Assembly (NCBI RefSeq): GCF_964194025.1 | Contig: NC_134474.1 | Location: forward strand, 18,290,001-18,354,000 | DNA: 64,000 bases | Source: Convolutriloba macropyga | Lineage: Eukaryota | Reading direction: 5' to 3' | Part shown: positions 12,140 through 26,300 of the stretch, piece after piece | Layout: every line of letters begins with the position of its first letter | Numbering within the stretch: position 1 is the first letter of the stretch | Program-made: the position numbers and the translations under genes | The notes under the pieces: generated by a model | Database searches by the model: none | Seen by the model: the letters and a program-made list of their open reading frames with translations, nothing else | Told to the model about the DNA's origin: nothing

Positions 12140-15100
12140 CAGCATCGGAGATGGGAATGTTTTATACTAAAGAACAAATCTTTAGCATGTCTGTGACATG
12201 GGAATATATCTCAATAAATAACTGCAAAGTAAAAATGCAAGTAGACACAGGTGCAGATAGCACAGTGATATCATCAAAAATATGGACTGAGCATGGTAAA
12301 CCTCAGTTGGATGGTAAGATAAGACATCTCGAAGCTTATGATGGTCATCAATTAACGCTTCTGGGATCACTTACTTGTGACGTTGAGTGGAACGGAAGCA
12401 GGCTCACGCAAAAACAACTAGCAGTTGTGCAGTCTGATAAAGAATTTGGACTACTTGGTAGAGACCTTCTACCCAAGCACGGTGTGAACAACATCACAGC
12501 CGAGCACCTACCTGCGGTGAAGGGTTACAAAGCTCATGTGAAGTTGATACCAGAAACACAGCCAATGTTCTGCAAAGCCAGAAAAATACCTCTACGTCTT
12601 CAAGACAAGGTCACAGAGAAGCTGGAACAAATGGTCAGACAAGGCATCCTTGAACCGGTACATCTAGGAGGAGTCACTAATGCATCTCCAGTGGTGTGGC
12701 AGAGAAAGAAGAGTGGAGAACTGAGACTTTGCGTGGACTTGAAAGTGCACATCAATGGCAAGGTCATGGATGAGGACTACCCAATACCGGACATGGAGAC
12801 GATCTTTCACAACCTACATGGGGCCTCATACTTTGGCAAAATTGACCTCTCAGATGCCTACTATCAAATTGAACTTGACGAAGAAGCTAAAGATATATGC
12901 ACAATCAACACATCTCAGGGACTGTTCAAGATGTGCCGACTACCTCAGGGATTGAAAAACTCTTCTTCAATTTTCCAGAATTGCATCGAATCAACACTCA
13001 AAGGAATTAAAGGTGTTGTGATCTTTCAAGACGATGTATTGGTGTATGGAACTTCCAAGGAGCAGTTCGACAAGAAAATGCTTGCAGTCAAGAGTCGACT
13101 ACGTGAGACAAACTTTACTATTAATGAGAAAAAATCCAACTCAAAACCAGTCGATAGCGTTAGCTTTTTGGGATACTCCATTTCAAAGGAGGGAATAGCA
13201 CCAGATCCCAAACATGTTGAAAAAACAAAAAATACAGAAGCACCAACTAACAACAAACAACTCGAATCGTTTGTTGGGCTAGCTAATTTTTACGGAAGAA
13301 TGATTCCTGATTTTGCAACAAAAATGCTACCCTTAAATAACATGAGTAATAGCGATTTCTCATGGGGCAAAATGCAACAAAAAGCTTTTGAAGATATAAA
13401 AAATGAATTATTTGCTAACCCACTTGTACAGCCATATAGTTTACAAAAAGGAGCAACAGTTACTACTGACGCCTCTGAAAAAGCCATTGGCGGGGTTCTT
13501 TCGCAAGAAGGACATCCAGTCATATATGTATCGAGAAAATTGACTCCAGCGGAGCAAAACTACTCGAACATAGAGCGGGAAGCACTGGCAATTGTCTTTG
13601 TGGCCACAAGATTCAAGCAATTACTTCTTGGAAGACAATTTACCCTACAGACTGACCACAAACACCTCAAATATCTCTTTGCACCAGACGAGGAGATCCC
13701 GAAGACAGCATCAGCGAGAATTACAAGATGGGCAATAGCTGTAATGGGCTTCGACTATGAGTTGAAGTACACACCAGTGGAGTAGATACCCCATGCAGAT
13801 GCTTTGAGCAGAATGGATTTTGACGAAGACGAATCCGACAACGATCGAGTGTGCTTCGCAATCAATAACATCTACTTCACTCACTGTAATTTGGTGACCC
13901 AAGCAGTAATCAAAACTGTACTTGGAACAAACAGACTCTTCCAAGACATAATGAAACGACAATTGCGGCAATTGGAAACAATGTTCAGAAGCGAAAAAAG
14001 GATTCGAACAACAGAAAGATGCACTTACTTTACATAATGGAATCATCTTCAGAGGTGTTGTTCCTTTCATTCCACCCAAACTACGACACTTGGTTTTGGC
14101 AAAAGCGCATGAGACACATCCCGGAAAGAATGCAACTGAGGCATCAGTCAGAATGATAGCATGGTGGCCTGGCATTACCCAAGACGTTCAACACTTTGTT
14201 AGTACATGTAAGAATTGTCAATTGAACAGGCCTAGCCTGGGAAAAACGGTCTCTACGTGGCCAGAAGCCAACGTTTGGGAACGGCTCTACATGGACTGGG
14301 GTTATGTTAAGGACCAAGGCAATATCTTAGTAATTGTTGACGCGGGTTCTGGTTGGATAGAAGCCTTCCACGCGGGAAATAGAACATCAGAAACAGTTAA
14401 AATATATCTTAGTCAAATCTTTGCAAGATTCGGAATACCAAAAACTTTAGTTTCTGATAATGGTCCTGAATTTGTAAATGGTGACCTTAAACAGTGGTGT
14501 GAATCACTGGGAATTAAGAAAATAGAATCACCCGTCTATCATCCAAGAGCTAATGGACTAGCTGAAAGAGCAGTTCAGACAGTGAAGCGGGCACTTCAAG
14601 CGTGTAGTCCCAAACTTAATGTGTCATTTGGAGCATTCCTGCAAAGGGCACTGATGACACATCGCAACACTTCAAAGACGAGGAGCAAAACTCCAGTTGA
14701 ACTCTTGCTGGGACGCAGAGTGAGACTACCAGCAATAGCAGATTTCGACTTGTGTGAACCCATTCTATTCAAGGCCAACGAAAACACAAAGACAGTTCCT
14801 GCTACCATCATCATCAGGAAGGGCTTGAACACATCTTTCATACAGCCCGAAAACTCAGCACAGACTATTCTAGTGAGCGACAACCAAATTGCAAGACTAG
14901 ACGAGGACAATGTGAAAACTGAACCAGCAGTGGAGGAGACCATATCTCAATCAGAACCACAACCTCAGAACACAGATGTGGGACCTTCACATCAAGATGA
15001 AGCTTCTGCAGCCACATCATCTGCAGAGCACCAACAACCCGAAACCTCAGAGCCTTCAAGAACATCAACCAGGAACAGAAAACAACCTGACAGATTTGGA

Positions 15101-15145
15101 GAACCTATACCCACAAACTTGCTTAAAAGAGGAGGGAGGATGTGA
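12140..15145 (+). pseudogene. pol: Gypsy pol (protease, RT, RNase H, integrase), disrupted
   Basis: PR VDTGAD; RT KIDLSDAYYQI, LPQGLKNSSSIF, FQDDVLV; RH TDASEKAIGGVL, NYSNIEREALA, TDHK; IN H-H-C-C zinc finger, MDWG, SDNGPEF, NGLAERAV. Premature TAG at 13783-13785 and frameshifts around 13960-14040. Confidence 0.95.
15125..15140 (+). other. Polypurine tract
   Basis: AAAAGAGGAGGGAGGA immediately before the TG of the 3' LTR. Confidence 0.9.
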
Positions 15146-15637
15146 TGGTTTCAATGAAACATCAAGAAACTTAGAAGTTTTATTAAAGTTTCAGAGAACG
15201 AAAGAAGAACCTACCTGACGAACTTTATTGCTGTGTCGATAAGTAATGGCTACAAAACTAAACTCAATTCTAATTTTGTTTTGGCGCTATCATTATCTTA
15301 TTGACCTATCAATCATATGTCAGAAGTAAATTCTCCCACCAACAGAAACCTGATTCTAACATCCACCGACCTCCAACTAATGAACTCGATTGTACCCAAG
15401 CCATATATGATTCTCATGAAATGTTGATGAAAATAGAAAATCACCTCCGGGATTCGGAGTTAAGATCTATTCACATGCCAATCATGTAAAATATTTTTAG
15501 CTAATCTAAATTTTCTCTGTATATTTTCGCATAGATAACAACTATAAATACAAGCTAATTTTTGTATATTTTCAGTTCAAAATTTAATTTAAAGTTCAAC
15601 ATATTGAATTCTTTGACCCGTGTTATCGACCACGACA
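15141..15637 (+). repeat. 3' LTR
   Basis: TGTGATGG...CACGACA followed by TSD GTTTT. Confidence 0.95.
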
Positions 15638-16236
15638 GTTTTTAATTTTGTGCTTAGAACTGAAAAATTGGGGTAAGCTTATAAATATTTATCAACTAGC
15701 TGATTCCCAACTTTAATTCCCAACTAGCTGTTAGTTGCAAACTTTTTAGGTTCTCTAAAGTCAGTAGAAAACAAAAAAGCAAATTGTAATTCTTCGTAAT
15801 TTGTATTTGCAAGCCTCTGAAAACAAAAGTGTCAACTTCAACTCTTCGCAGCAACATGGAAACACAACTCGTCAATTGCCCGTATTCAGATTAAAACCTA
15901 AAAACTCCACTAGAAAAATGTAATCATATCAAACAATTCCAAATGTATTACAGTCCAATATTTTTTTTACAAATTAGCCCCCCTCCCCTATGGCTCTAAA
16001 AAGGCAATTTTCCTTTCTTAAAATTTTCCTTTCCGTCTTATTTTTCGATTTCGATTTGGAACTGTGCTTCAAGCTAGCTGAAAATGAGACTATTACTTGG
16101 CTTGAGGTATCTAAAGCCTAGCAAAATCTCATATAGTGTTTTGATATAGAAAAGAAATTGTACAGGATTACAACAGTTTCTTTTTAAGAATTGCTCAGAC
16201 AAACAATTTAACAATTACTCAGATGCTTGACTTATA

Positions 16237-16523
16237 AATGTTTCATATTTCTCTTACTGTTCACCTCATGAAATTTAAAATTCTTTGATTGGTTGTCGGA
16301 AGTAGAATTTAAAATATATATAATCTTTTCTAGCCTCAAACAATTTTGAATATAATTTTTATTGTGAACAATTAGCTAAAATGAAAGAAGAAATTATTTC
16401 ATAGGGAGAATGAACTTAATAAACAAAATAATCATTATGCCTGAGCATATGCTCATTAAATTGAAAATTACGTGCGAAATTTTAAATTTCATGAGGTGAA
16501 CAGTGAGAGAAATATGAAACATT
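16237..16523. mobile_element. MITE-like element with ~46-bp terminal inverted repeats
   Basis: AATGTTTCATATTTCTCTTACTGTTCACCTCATGAAATTTAAAATT at 16237 and its reverse complement (1 mismatch) ending at 16523. No clear TSD. Confidence 0.75.
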
Positions 16524-17329
16524 AAACTTGATATAGCTAATCATATTTTTTGGTCTTTAATTTGGTTTCAATTGACTTTTACATGGAACACTTTAAATGT
16601 GCTTCTTCAGCGTTGTATTTAGTAACGTTTTGAAGATGAGAGCTTTTAGAGACTCAGTAAGCAAAAGCATAACCCTCCGAGCGCTTAAAAACCTGTTTTC
16701 TCTTCTGGTAACTCTGTCCGCCATCTCAACTTTTTGTTGTGCTCAGAAATGGTGGAAAAAAGAGTGTAATTTTTTATCACTCCACCCTAAACTACACTCT
16801 TTGAAAAGAGTGTAAAAAGAATGGAAAAAAGAGTGTAAAACCTGTATAATTTTATAAAATTACACTCTTACACTTTTTCCCAAAAAAATTGGAGTGAAAA
16901 ACGCATTAAACCCTAATCCTTGCTAATTAGGGGTGGATTAAGGGTGAAATCTTGGCCCGGGAATGACTTTAATAAATATATTCTCATGAACAGCAAGATA
17001 TTGAATAGAATAGAGCTAAGATTTGGAATTCATAATACTAATTAGAAATCTTGAAAAGACTTTCCGTGTTTTTGTGTGTGGTTTGGCAATCAAGATGAAC
17101 AAAATTTAGATGATGTAATTTTTTACCTGATCAAACTGTTGAATACAAATTTCTGAAGAAAAACCCAAACTTAATAACAAATTTCCAATTACTTTTTGAA
17201 ATATGTAATGAAGCCAGGTTATGCCCCAGTTGCCTGTACAATTTACACGAGAAAAAATTACATTTCTCAGCCTTCTCAGTAATTTTGTTTTGTCAATAGG
17301 CGAAAAAATTTTCTGTTCGAGAAAATCAA

Positions 17330-20300
17330 TGCTTACATTTGAAGGCCCAACACGTCCGCGTAAAATAAAAAGTATTTAAATCCAAATTCGATTATTCTTC
17401 AGGAAAAATTACCTGTCTTTGGTAGTATTTCCGCTGAAAATAGAGAAAATAAAGAGAAAACTTATTCAAACTTTTACTTATTCAAAAAATTGAAAAATTA
17501 TTTCACTTTACTGAAATTAAAAAACACCAACACGAATTCATTTACTGTGAAATCTGAGATATTGTAATTTCAATTAAGGAACGAATATTTTCTGCTTTTT
17601 GCGCGCCTGAAAATCCATTTCAAATTAAATTACTCCTCACTTGAAATCTACTGGTGTTTTTCCACGTCTGTTTTTCATAAAATAATGAACTTTTTTCGTT
17701 TTCGTGACTTTTTCGAATTTGGCCTCATTATAATCAGTAGCTAATTATCATAACTTAATATGTTATCAAAAACTTTTTTAAAGGAAAGCACAATTTTGAA
17801 GTTCTGCTGAAACAGAGAGCCAATGTTAAACTCATCATAAAAGAGATCGAGCTCTAAATATCGCGAGAAAAACTTTTAGGTTCTGTTATTTGTTCAATTT
17901 CTACGTGCTTCTACGTTCAATTTCTATGAGTGCACTTTTGATGGACACGTCTGTGGGCACTTTGGATTAATTCAAGCGCACTCATTAAAGCGGTTTAAGA
18001 TACACACAAAAATCAATAAGTTAACAGATTTGAAATACGGAAATTCAATCGATCATAAGATAATATTTTCAAAAATTGGCAAAACCCAACCCCTTTAACG
18101 AATAACAACGATAAACGCGCCTTAGAGCAGTTAGAGTGTGAGCTGATTCTGCTGATGCAGAAAACTGTTCAGCGCAAAATTTCAATTGAATTGATATTTA
18201 GAATGAGGAACCAATATTGTACAATATTATACAATTAACGAGAACTTCAATAAAATGGCTGACCTACCTTTTTTCAATTAAAACCGTGTGTAAAAAAATC
18301 TTAATATGCCTGATTCTGGCAAAGATTAGATCAGAACGAATATGAAGAAAACTGCTGAAGAAAGCTTTATGGTTAAAGTTTAAAAAAATTGATTGTCAAT
18401 GAGACAAAATTTTTTCTTCATAAAATTGATATTTTAGTCCACGTTTCCTAAGCAAAAAGAACACAACTAGATCCGTAATCCTTATTGACCGTTGTTTCGA
18501 AGAAAGTATTTCATTTTTCACTGCTATTTAGAGCACTTTTTCAAAATTTGACAAAGTTTATTATGAATTTTTTTTTCAATAAAAGAATGAAAAATTTAGA
18601 AAACACAAAGGACCAACATTTCCGCGCCTGAAAATTTAGTGAATTCAGTGGAAAGATATGTGGAAAAAAAAGATATCCAAAACACAAACACCGCTTGAAG
18701 CACAATGAGGCCACCATGCTTTCATGGAGCAATGATTCCGGTCAATTAAGCTGCGTCCTCAATAAAAGAATGAAAAATTTAGAAAACACAAAGGACCAAC
18801 ATTTCCGCGCCTGAAAATTTAGTGAATTCAGTGGAAAGATATGTGGAAAAAAAAGATATCCAAAACACAAACAGCGCTTGAAGCACAATGAGGCCACCAT
18901 GCTTTCATGGAGCAATGATTCCGGTCAATTAAGCTGCGTCCTCAAAAAAGCCATCTATCTGGCGTCAGATATCAACAAGAAATTAAAAAAATTGTTTTTA
19001 CATTCAAATTCAATTATTCTTCAGGAAAAATTACTTGTATTTGGTAGTATTTCCGCTAAAAATGGAGCAAATAAAAAGAAAACTTGAAGAAATCTCGATG
19101 CTTAAAAATATTTAAAATTCAGTTGTTAATGAGAAAAAATTTTTGTTTCAACATTTATTCAATTGTTTTATTCATTCGAAAAAGTGCAAAATTATTTCAC
19201 GTTAGTTGAATTGAAAAATGGAGTGAAATTTTTTTTTTTAAAAAAATTGACATTTTAGTCCACGTTTCCTTAGCAAAAAGAACACTACTAGAACTTTAAA
19301 ACTTTTTGATCGCTGTTTTGATGAAACAATTTTTTTTTCATAGCCATATACAGAAATATTTCAAAATTTGACAAAATTTACGGTGATTTTTTTTCAATTA
19401 GGGAACACAATGGCCCAAGATTTCCGCGTCTGAAAATTTAGTGGATTCAGTGGAAAGATAGTATGTAAAAAAAGAAAAAAATCGAAAAAACAATCAATAC
19501 TTAGAGCACAATGAGACCATCATATTTTCATCGAGCAATGATTCACCTGAAAAAAAACCTGGTAATTTAAGGGGCGCCCTCTAAAAACCCATCTATCTAT
19601 CGTCAGATATCAACAAGAACTAAAAAAGTAAAAACTATTAATATCCAAATTCGATTATTCTTCGGAAAAATTGCCTGCCTTTGGTAGTTTTTCCGCTGAA
19701 AATAGAGCAAACAAAAAGAAAACTTGTATGTCCCAGCAATATACAAAAGTTTTTCAAACTTTGACAATGTTTATTGTGAAAAATTTTTTCAATTAAGAAA
19801 TGAAAACCTTTTAGAATTACGGAACACAAAGGCCCAATATTTCCGCTCTTGAAAATGCAATTTTTTAAATTCAATCCTCATGGGAACTCTTCGAGCGTTT
19901 TGCCATAAATATTAACTTTCAAAAAAACTAACTTTTTTGTTGTGCATTTTTGTTTGTATTCCTCAAATTACCTCATCATAATCAGTAGCTAAGTGTCATA
20001 GCTATCGTATCTTAATAAGTTTCCGAAATTTTCTTTCAAGAGCAAAATACATTATTCCAAAGTGCTATCTGACGTTTTGTGAAGTTCTTCCGAATCAGAC
20101 ACTCAAACTTAAACTCATCATTAAAGAGATCGAACTCCAAATATCGCGAAAAAACTCGAGGTAATTTTTTGTTCAATTTCTACCTGCTTCGGAAATTTCG
20201 TTTCGTCTCTCCAGTGTCAGATGTGATAAATTGGTATCACTCCTTTACTTGATTATTATTCATTACCACAGCAGGTAGCAAGAAAAAAATTTTAAGAAGC

Positions 20301-23300
20301 TTTTATTCGTTGCTCATCTTGTTTGCTGCTTCTATCTTTTGCCTTCCTTAGCACTTAATGTTACCTCATCACTTGGTTTTATGAATCACCTAATTTGGAC
20401 GTTTTTTGGTGTGACAGCACCTAGCAAGTTTCTCTAAATTATCATATTATCCTTTGGAGTCCTGCTTTGCATTGTTCAGCGGCTGTTTTTGCACTGCAAC
20501 TGATCTCCTGTTTTTGCAACTGCAACTGATTTCAATCATGAAATGGTGTGTCCCTCAGTAGTATTAAATTAATCTATTGACCAATCGAATTCAACTTAAA
20601 TTACCCTTTCAAAATTGCGAAAGTATTTCACGTTTCCTGAAAAACACCACTAGAAGTTCAAAACTTAAGGATCGTTGTTTTGACGAAAATTTTACCATTC
20701 CTAACATAATACACGATATTTTCAAAAAAAAATGACAAAATGTTGTGAACATTGTGAAATTTTATTTCAATTAAGGAATGAAAGACTGTTAAGGTTATTG
20801 AACACAAAAGCAAAACTTTTTGCGCGACTGAAAGTCCATTTTGAATTAGTTTTCAGCTTACTGGAACTCCTCAAGCGTTTTGCCACAACTAATTTTCAAA
20901 AATTATTGAATTTTTTTCTCGTTTTATGCAAATTTTTGAAATTTGCCCCAATATAATCAATTGCTACCTTCCATATTTTGTCATATCTTAGTATGTATTT
21001 CATACAAAAAAAATGTTTGAAGCAAAATACCGGCTACCAAACTACTATAAGACGTATTTCAAAGTTCGACCGAATCATACAGTTAATTTTCAAGCCATCA
21101 TAAGAGATTGAACTCTAAATATTGCGAAAAGAACTGTCCCGTTAATGCTGTTTGTTCGATTTCTACGAGCGCGTTTAAAATGCGTTCAACTGCTATTCAT
21201 TGAAGACATAAACATTTATTTTCACGAAAAACCATAATGCTCAAATTGCCGCAGATTCAGTTTTTCTTATTTCTGTTTGCTTTTAAGTTATTTTTTTGCT
21301 ATTTGTCGCCAGTATAGGCACTTTAGATAAACCGGTGCGCACTCATTTGGACAATTAAAAATATACATGCAAAAAAATCAAACGATAATTCAACCGATCA
21401 TAAGATAATATTTTCAAATATTAGCAAAACCCATCTCCTTTAACGCATATTAACAATAAATGCACCGTAAAGCAGTTAAAGTGTGAAATTTTTCTGCTGT
21501 TACAGAAAACTGTTCAGCGCAAAGTTTCAATTGAACTGATATTTAGAATGAGGAACCAATATTTTACAATATTATACAATCAACGAGAACTTCAATAAAA
21601 TGACAAACCTAACTTTTTTTCAGTTAAAAATGCATGTGTTAAAAAAATCTTAAGAAACTAATTCTGGCAAAGATTAGATCAGAACGAACGTAAAGAAAAC
21701 TGTTGAAGAAAGTTTTATGTAAATAGTTTATGAAGTTTGGTTGTCAAAGAATCAAATCATCTTTTCAAAAGAAAAAAGTAGTTTAGTCCACGTTTCCAAA
21801 ACGAAAAGAACACTACTAAAGCTTTAAACCTTGTGGTCCACTGTTTGCTGTTTTTACGAAACAATTTGTCTTTTCATAGCAATATACAGATCATTCACAA
21901 AAACTTTGACATGGTTCATTGTAAAAAGCCTATTTCAATTAAGATTTATCAAGAACTGGAAAACTTATAGAGTTACGGCATAAAATCGCGACATAAACGC
22001 GCGACCTTTTGGCGCTTGAAAATCATTTTTCTTTAATTTAATGCATATTGGAGCTTGTCTAGCTTTTTGCCATATATGTTTTATATATTATTTTCTTCGC
22101 TGTGCATTTTTTTTCGAATTTCGCAAAATAACCCATTATAATCAGTAGCTACTTTTCATATTTTGCATAGCATAGTATGTCTTCCAAAACTTTTTGTAAA
22201 GCAAAACTTTTTTTTTCCAAACTACTATCAGACGTATTTGTAAGTTCTGCCGAAACAGACAGTTAAATTTAAGCTCATCATAAGAGATTGAAATCTAAAT
22301 ATTGCGAAAAAAAACAGTCCAGGTAATGTTATTTGTTCAACTTCTACGTGCTTCTACGTTCAATTTCTTTAAGCACGTTTAAAAAGTGTTCAATTGCAAC
22401 CAATTAAATACATTAACATTTGTTTTCACGAAAAACCGTAATTTTCAAATCGCCGAATTCAGATGCTTCAGTTTTCTTTATTTCTGTTCAGCTTAAGTCC
22501 TTTTTTCCTATTTGCTGCCAGCATGGGCACTTTAGATAAATTCATGCGCACCCATTTGGGCTACTAAAATATACACAAAATATCAATAAAGTTACCGAAA
22601 TCAAAAAGAAACATTCAATTGAGCGTAAGACATTGTTTTCTACGGTTATCAAAAACCAACTTATTTAAAAAATAATATCGATAAACACGCTTCAAAACAG
22701 TTAGAGTATGAACTTCTTCTGCTGGTAAAGAAAACTGTTCTGCGCAAAATCTCAATTGAATTGATATGTAAAATAAATCAGTATTTTACAATATTATACA
22801 TTTAACAAGTAAGTCAATAAATTCTCGTGATTGTCATCATATCTGAGTATGATTTCACTCATATATTTTAAATGTCAAAAAAGTCAAATCTTTGTTTTTC
22901 ATTGTGCATTATTTTTATTTTTGCAAATCACCCAACTTAATCATTAGCTACCTGTCATATCTTGATGTTTTCCATATTTTCTTTTAAAAGCAAGGTGCAT
23001 TTTTTGAAGCTACTATCAGACGTATTTTGAAGTTAGGGCGAAGCAGACAGACAAAATCAAACTCATCATAAAAGATCGAACTATAAATATCGCGAGAAAA
23101 ACTGTCCAGGGAATTTGATTTGTTCAATTCTACGTGTTTCTACGTTCAATTTATAAGAACGCATTAGATTGAGTTCAATTGCTAGCCATTGCTAAAATTA
23201 ACATTTGTTTTTACGAAAACTAAGTCTCAAAACGCCAAATTCAGACGCTTCAGTTTTCTTTATTTCCGTTCGCTTTTATGTCCATGTTTTGCTATTTGAT

Positions 23301-26300
23301 TCCAGAATAGTCACTTTCAATAAATCCGTGCGCACTCATTCGAGTGATAAAGGATGAACACACAAAATCAATAAGTTAAGTGATTTGAAAAACGGAATTT
23401 CAATCGAACGTAAGATATTAATTTCTAATGTTAGTAAAAACCAACTTATTTAAAGCATAATAACAATAAAGACGCTTCAAAACAGTTAGAGTATGAACTT
23501 CTTCTACTGGTAGAGAAAACTGTTCTGCGCAAAGCTTCAATAGAATTTATATGTAGAATGAGGAATCACTTTTTTACAATATTATACTTTTAACGAGAAT
23601 TTCAATAAAATTCTCGTTATATCGATCATATCTTAGTATGTTTTCACTCATATATTTTAAATTTCAAAAAGTCAAATTTTTTGTGGCGCATTTTTTTTGA
23701 ATTTTTCAAATTACCCATCATAATCATTAGCTACTTGTCATACATATCTTGGTATGATTTCTATATTTTCTTTTAAAAACAAAGTACATTTTTTGAAACT
23801 GGTATTCTTTGTTTGTTTGTTTTTAGGTCCATTTGTAATATTTGATGCCAGAATTGGCACTTTCAAAAAATCCGTGCGCATTCATTCGAGCGATTAGGGA
23901 TACAAACAAAAATTCAAAAAGTTAACTGATTTAAAATACGGAAATTCAATCGAGCGTAAGATATTAATTTCTAATGTTCGTAAAACTTTTTTAAAGCATA
24001 ATAAAAACAAACGCACTTCATGGCAGTTAAAGTATGAACTCCTTCTGCTGGTACAGAAAACTGTTCAGCTAAAAATTTTCAATAAAATAGCTAACATATT
24101 TTCAGTAAAAATTGTAAGTAAAAAAGAATCTTAAAATGCCTGATTCTGAAAAAAATTTAGATCAGATTAAATATAGAGAAAATCGTTGAAGAAAGCTTTA
24201 CTTTTCGTAGCAATTCAAAGAGCTCTTTCAAAAATTTTGACAAAGTTTTTTTTGTGATTTCGCAAAATTACCTTATCATAATCAGTAGCTACTTGTGATA
24301 TTTATCATAGCTTGGTATGTTTCCAGTATTTTATGTTAAGAGCAAAATACATTTTTCCAAACGAATATCAGAAGTATTTTGATGTTCTTCCGAAACAGAA
24401 GGTTGGAATTAAAGTTATCATAAGAGATCGAACTATACATATCGCGGGAAAAACTGTCGCGGTAATGTTGTTTGCTCATTTTCTACGTGCTTCTACGTTC
24501 AATTTCCAGGAGCGCGTTTGAAATGTGTTCAATTGCTACCCATTGAAGAAATGATCATTTGTTTTCACGAAAAACCGTAATGCTCAAATCGCCGAAATCA
24601 AAAGCTTCAGTTTTTTTATTTCTGTTTGCATTCTAGTACTCATTTGCTATTTGTTGCCAGCATGGGCACTTTCGATAAATGGATAAGCATTCATTCAGGC
24701 GAATAAAGATACAAAAAAATCAAAAAACTGATTTAAAAAACGGAATTTCAATCAAGCGGGAGATATTTTTTCTAATGATAGCGACCCCCAAGCATTTAAA
24801 ACACAAAACGATAGACGCAATTCAAAGCAAATATAATGAGAACTTCATCTGTTTCACAGAAAACTGTTCACCTCAACGTTTCAATAGAACTGAAATCTAG
24901 AATGAGGAATCAATATTTTAGGATATTATACAATTAACGGAAATTTCGAAAAAGTGTCTGACCTGTTTTCAGTAAATATCGTATGTAAAAAATAAAATCT
25001 TAAAAAACCTGATTCTGAAAAAAATTAGATCAGAACAAATATAAAGAAAACTGCCGAAAAAATCTTAACTTTCTCAACAATATACAGAACTTTTTCAAAA
25101 CCTTTGACAATGTTTATAGTGATTTTTTTTAAAATTGAATATATTTTTGCCATATATTTATAAGTTTTGCCATATATTTTAGTTTGAAAAATTGTCAAAT
25201 TTTTTTTTCCGTTGTGCAATTTTTTCGAATTTCGCAAATTACCTGATCATAATCAGTAGCTTTTTAAATTTACCAAATTTACTTGTCAATATTACCATGT
25301 CTGCTATTGTTTTTATTTTCTTTTAGAAGTAAAATACAACTTTTCACCATACTATTAGAAGTATTTTGAAGTTCTGTCGAAGCAGACAGTCAAGATTAAA
25401 CTCATCAAAACAGATCGTACTATAAATATCGCGAAAACAAATTTTGGGTCAACGTTATTTGTGTAATTTCTACGTGCTTCTACGTTCAATTTCTAAGAGC
25501 GCGTTTAGAATGTGTTCAATTGCTACCCATCGAAGAAATGAACATTTGTTTTTACGGAGATTAGATCAGAAGAACTATAAAGAACACTGTTGAAAAAAAA
25601 CTTTTCACAACAGTATACAAAATTTCTCAAAATCTTTGATGTTTATTGGGATTTTTCTAAATTGAGGAATGGAAAACTTTTATTAGAGTTACGAAACACA
25701 AAGGTGCAACTGTTCCATGCCTGAAAATTTTTTTGTAATTAATTTACTCCTTACTGGAACTCTTCTAGCGTTTTTCCATATATTTTAAATTTAAACAGGC
25801 AACTTTTTTGTGCAATATTTTCGAATTTTGCAAATTACCCTATCATAATCAGTAGCTACTTGTCATATTTATTAAACATTGGCATGCTTTTTTTATCTCC
25901 TTTTGAAATTAAAATTAATTTTTCAAACAACTATCAGAAGCATATTGGTGTTCTGTCGAAACAGAATGTTAAAAACTCATCATAAGAAATCGAACTTTTA
26001 AAATTGCGAGAAAAACAAAACTGTCAAGGTAATGTTATTTGTTCAATTTCTACGTGTTTCTACGTTCAATTTCTAAGAATGTATTCAATTTCGCATTTAG
26101 AATGTGTTCAATTGCTTTCCATTGCAGAAATGAACATTTTTTTTCGTGAAAAACCGTAATGTTCAAATTGTCGAAATCAGAAGCTTCAGTTTTCGTTATT
26201 TCTGTTTGCTTTCAAGTCCTTTTTTGCAATTTTTGCCAGCATGGGCGCTTTTGATAAACCAATGTGCACTCATTCAGGCAGTTAAAGATATACACAGAAA

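Larger units (their letters stand above)
10762..15637 (+). mobile_element. Ty3/gypsy LTR retrotransposon (Mag-like), full-length, coding-defective
   Basis: Paired 497-bp LTRs starting TG; 5-bp TSD GTTTT (10757-10761 and 15638-15642); PPT before the 3' LTR; domain order gag-PR-RT-RH-IN. Confidence 0.97.

Noticed and set aside
16745-16900. Cluster of AAAGAGTGTAA / TTACACTCT motifs in both orientations
   Set aside because: Probably a MITE fragment, but no termini can be defined.
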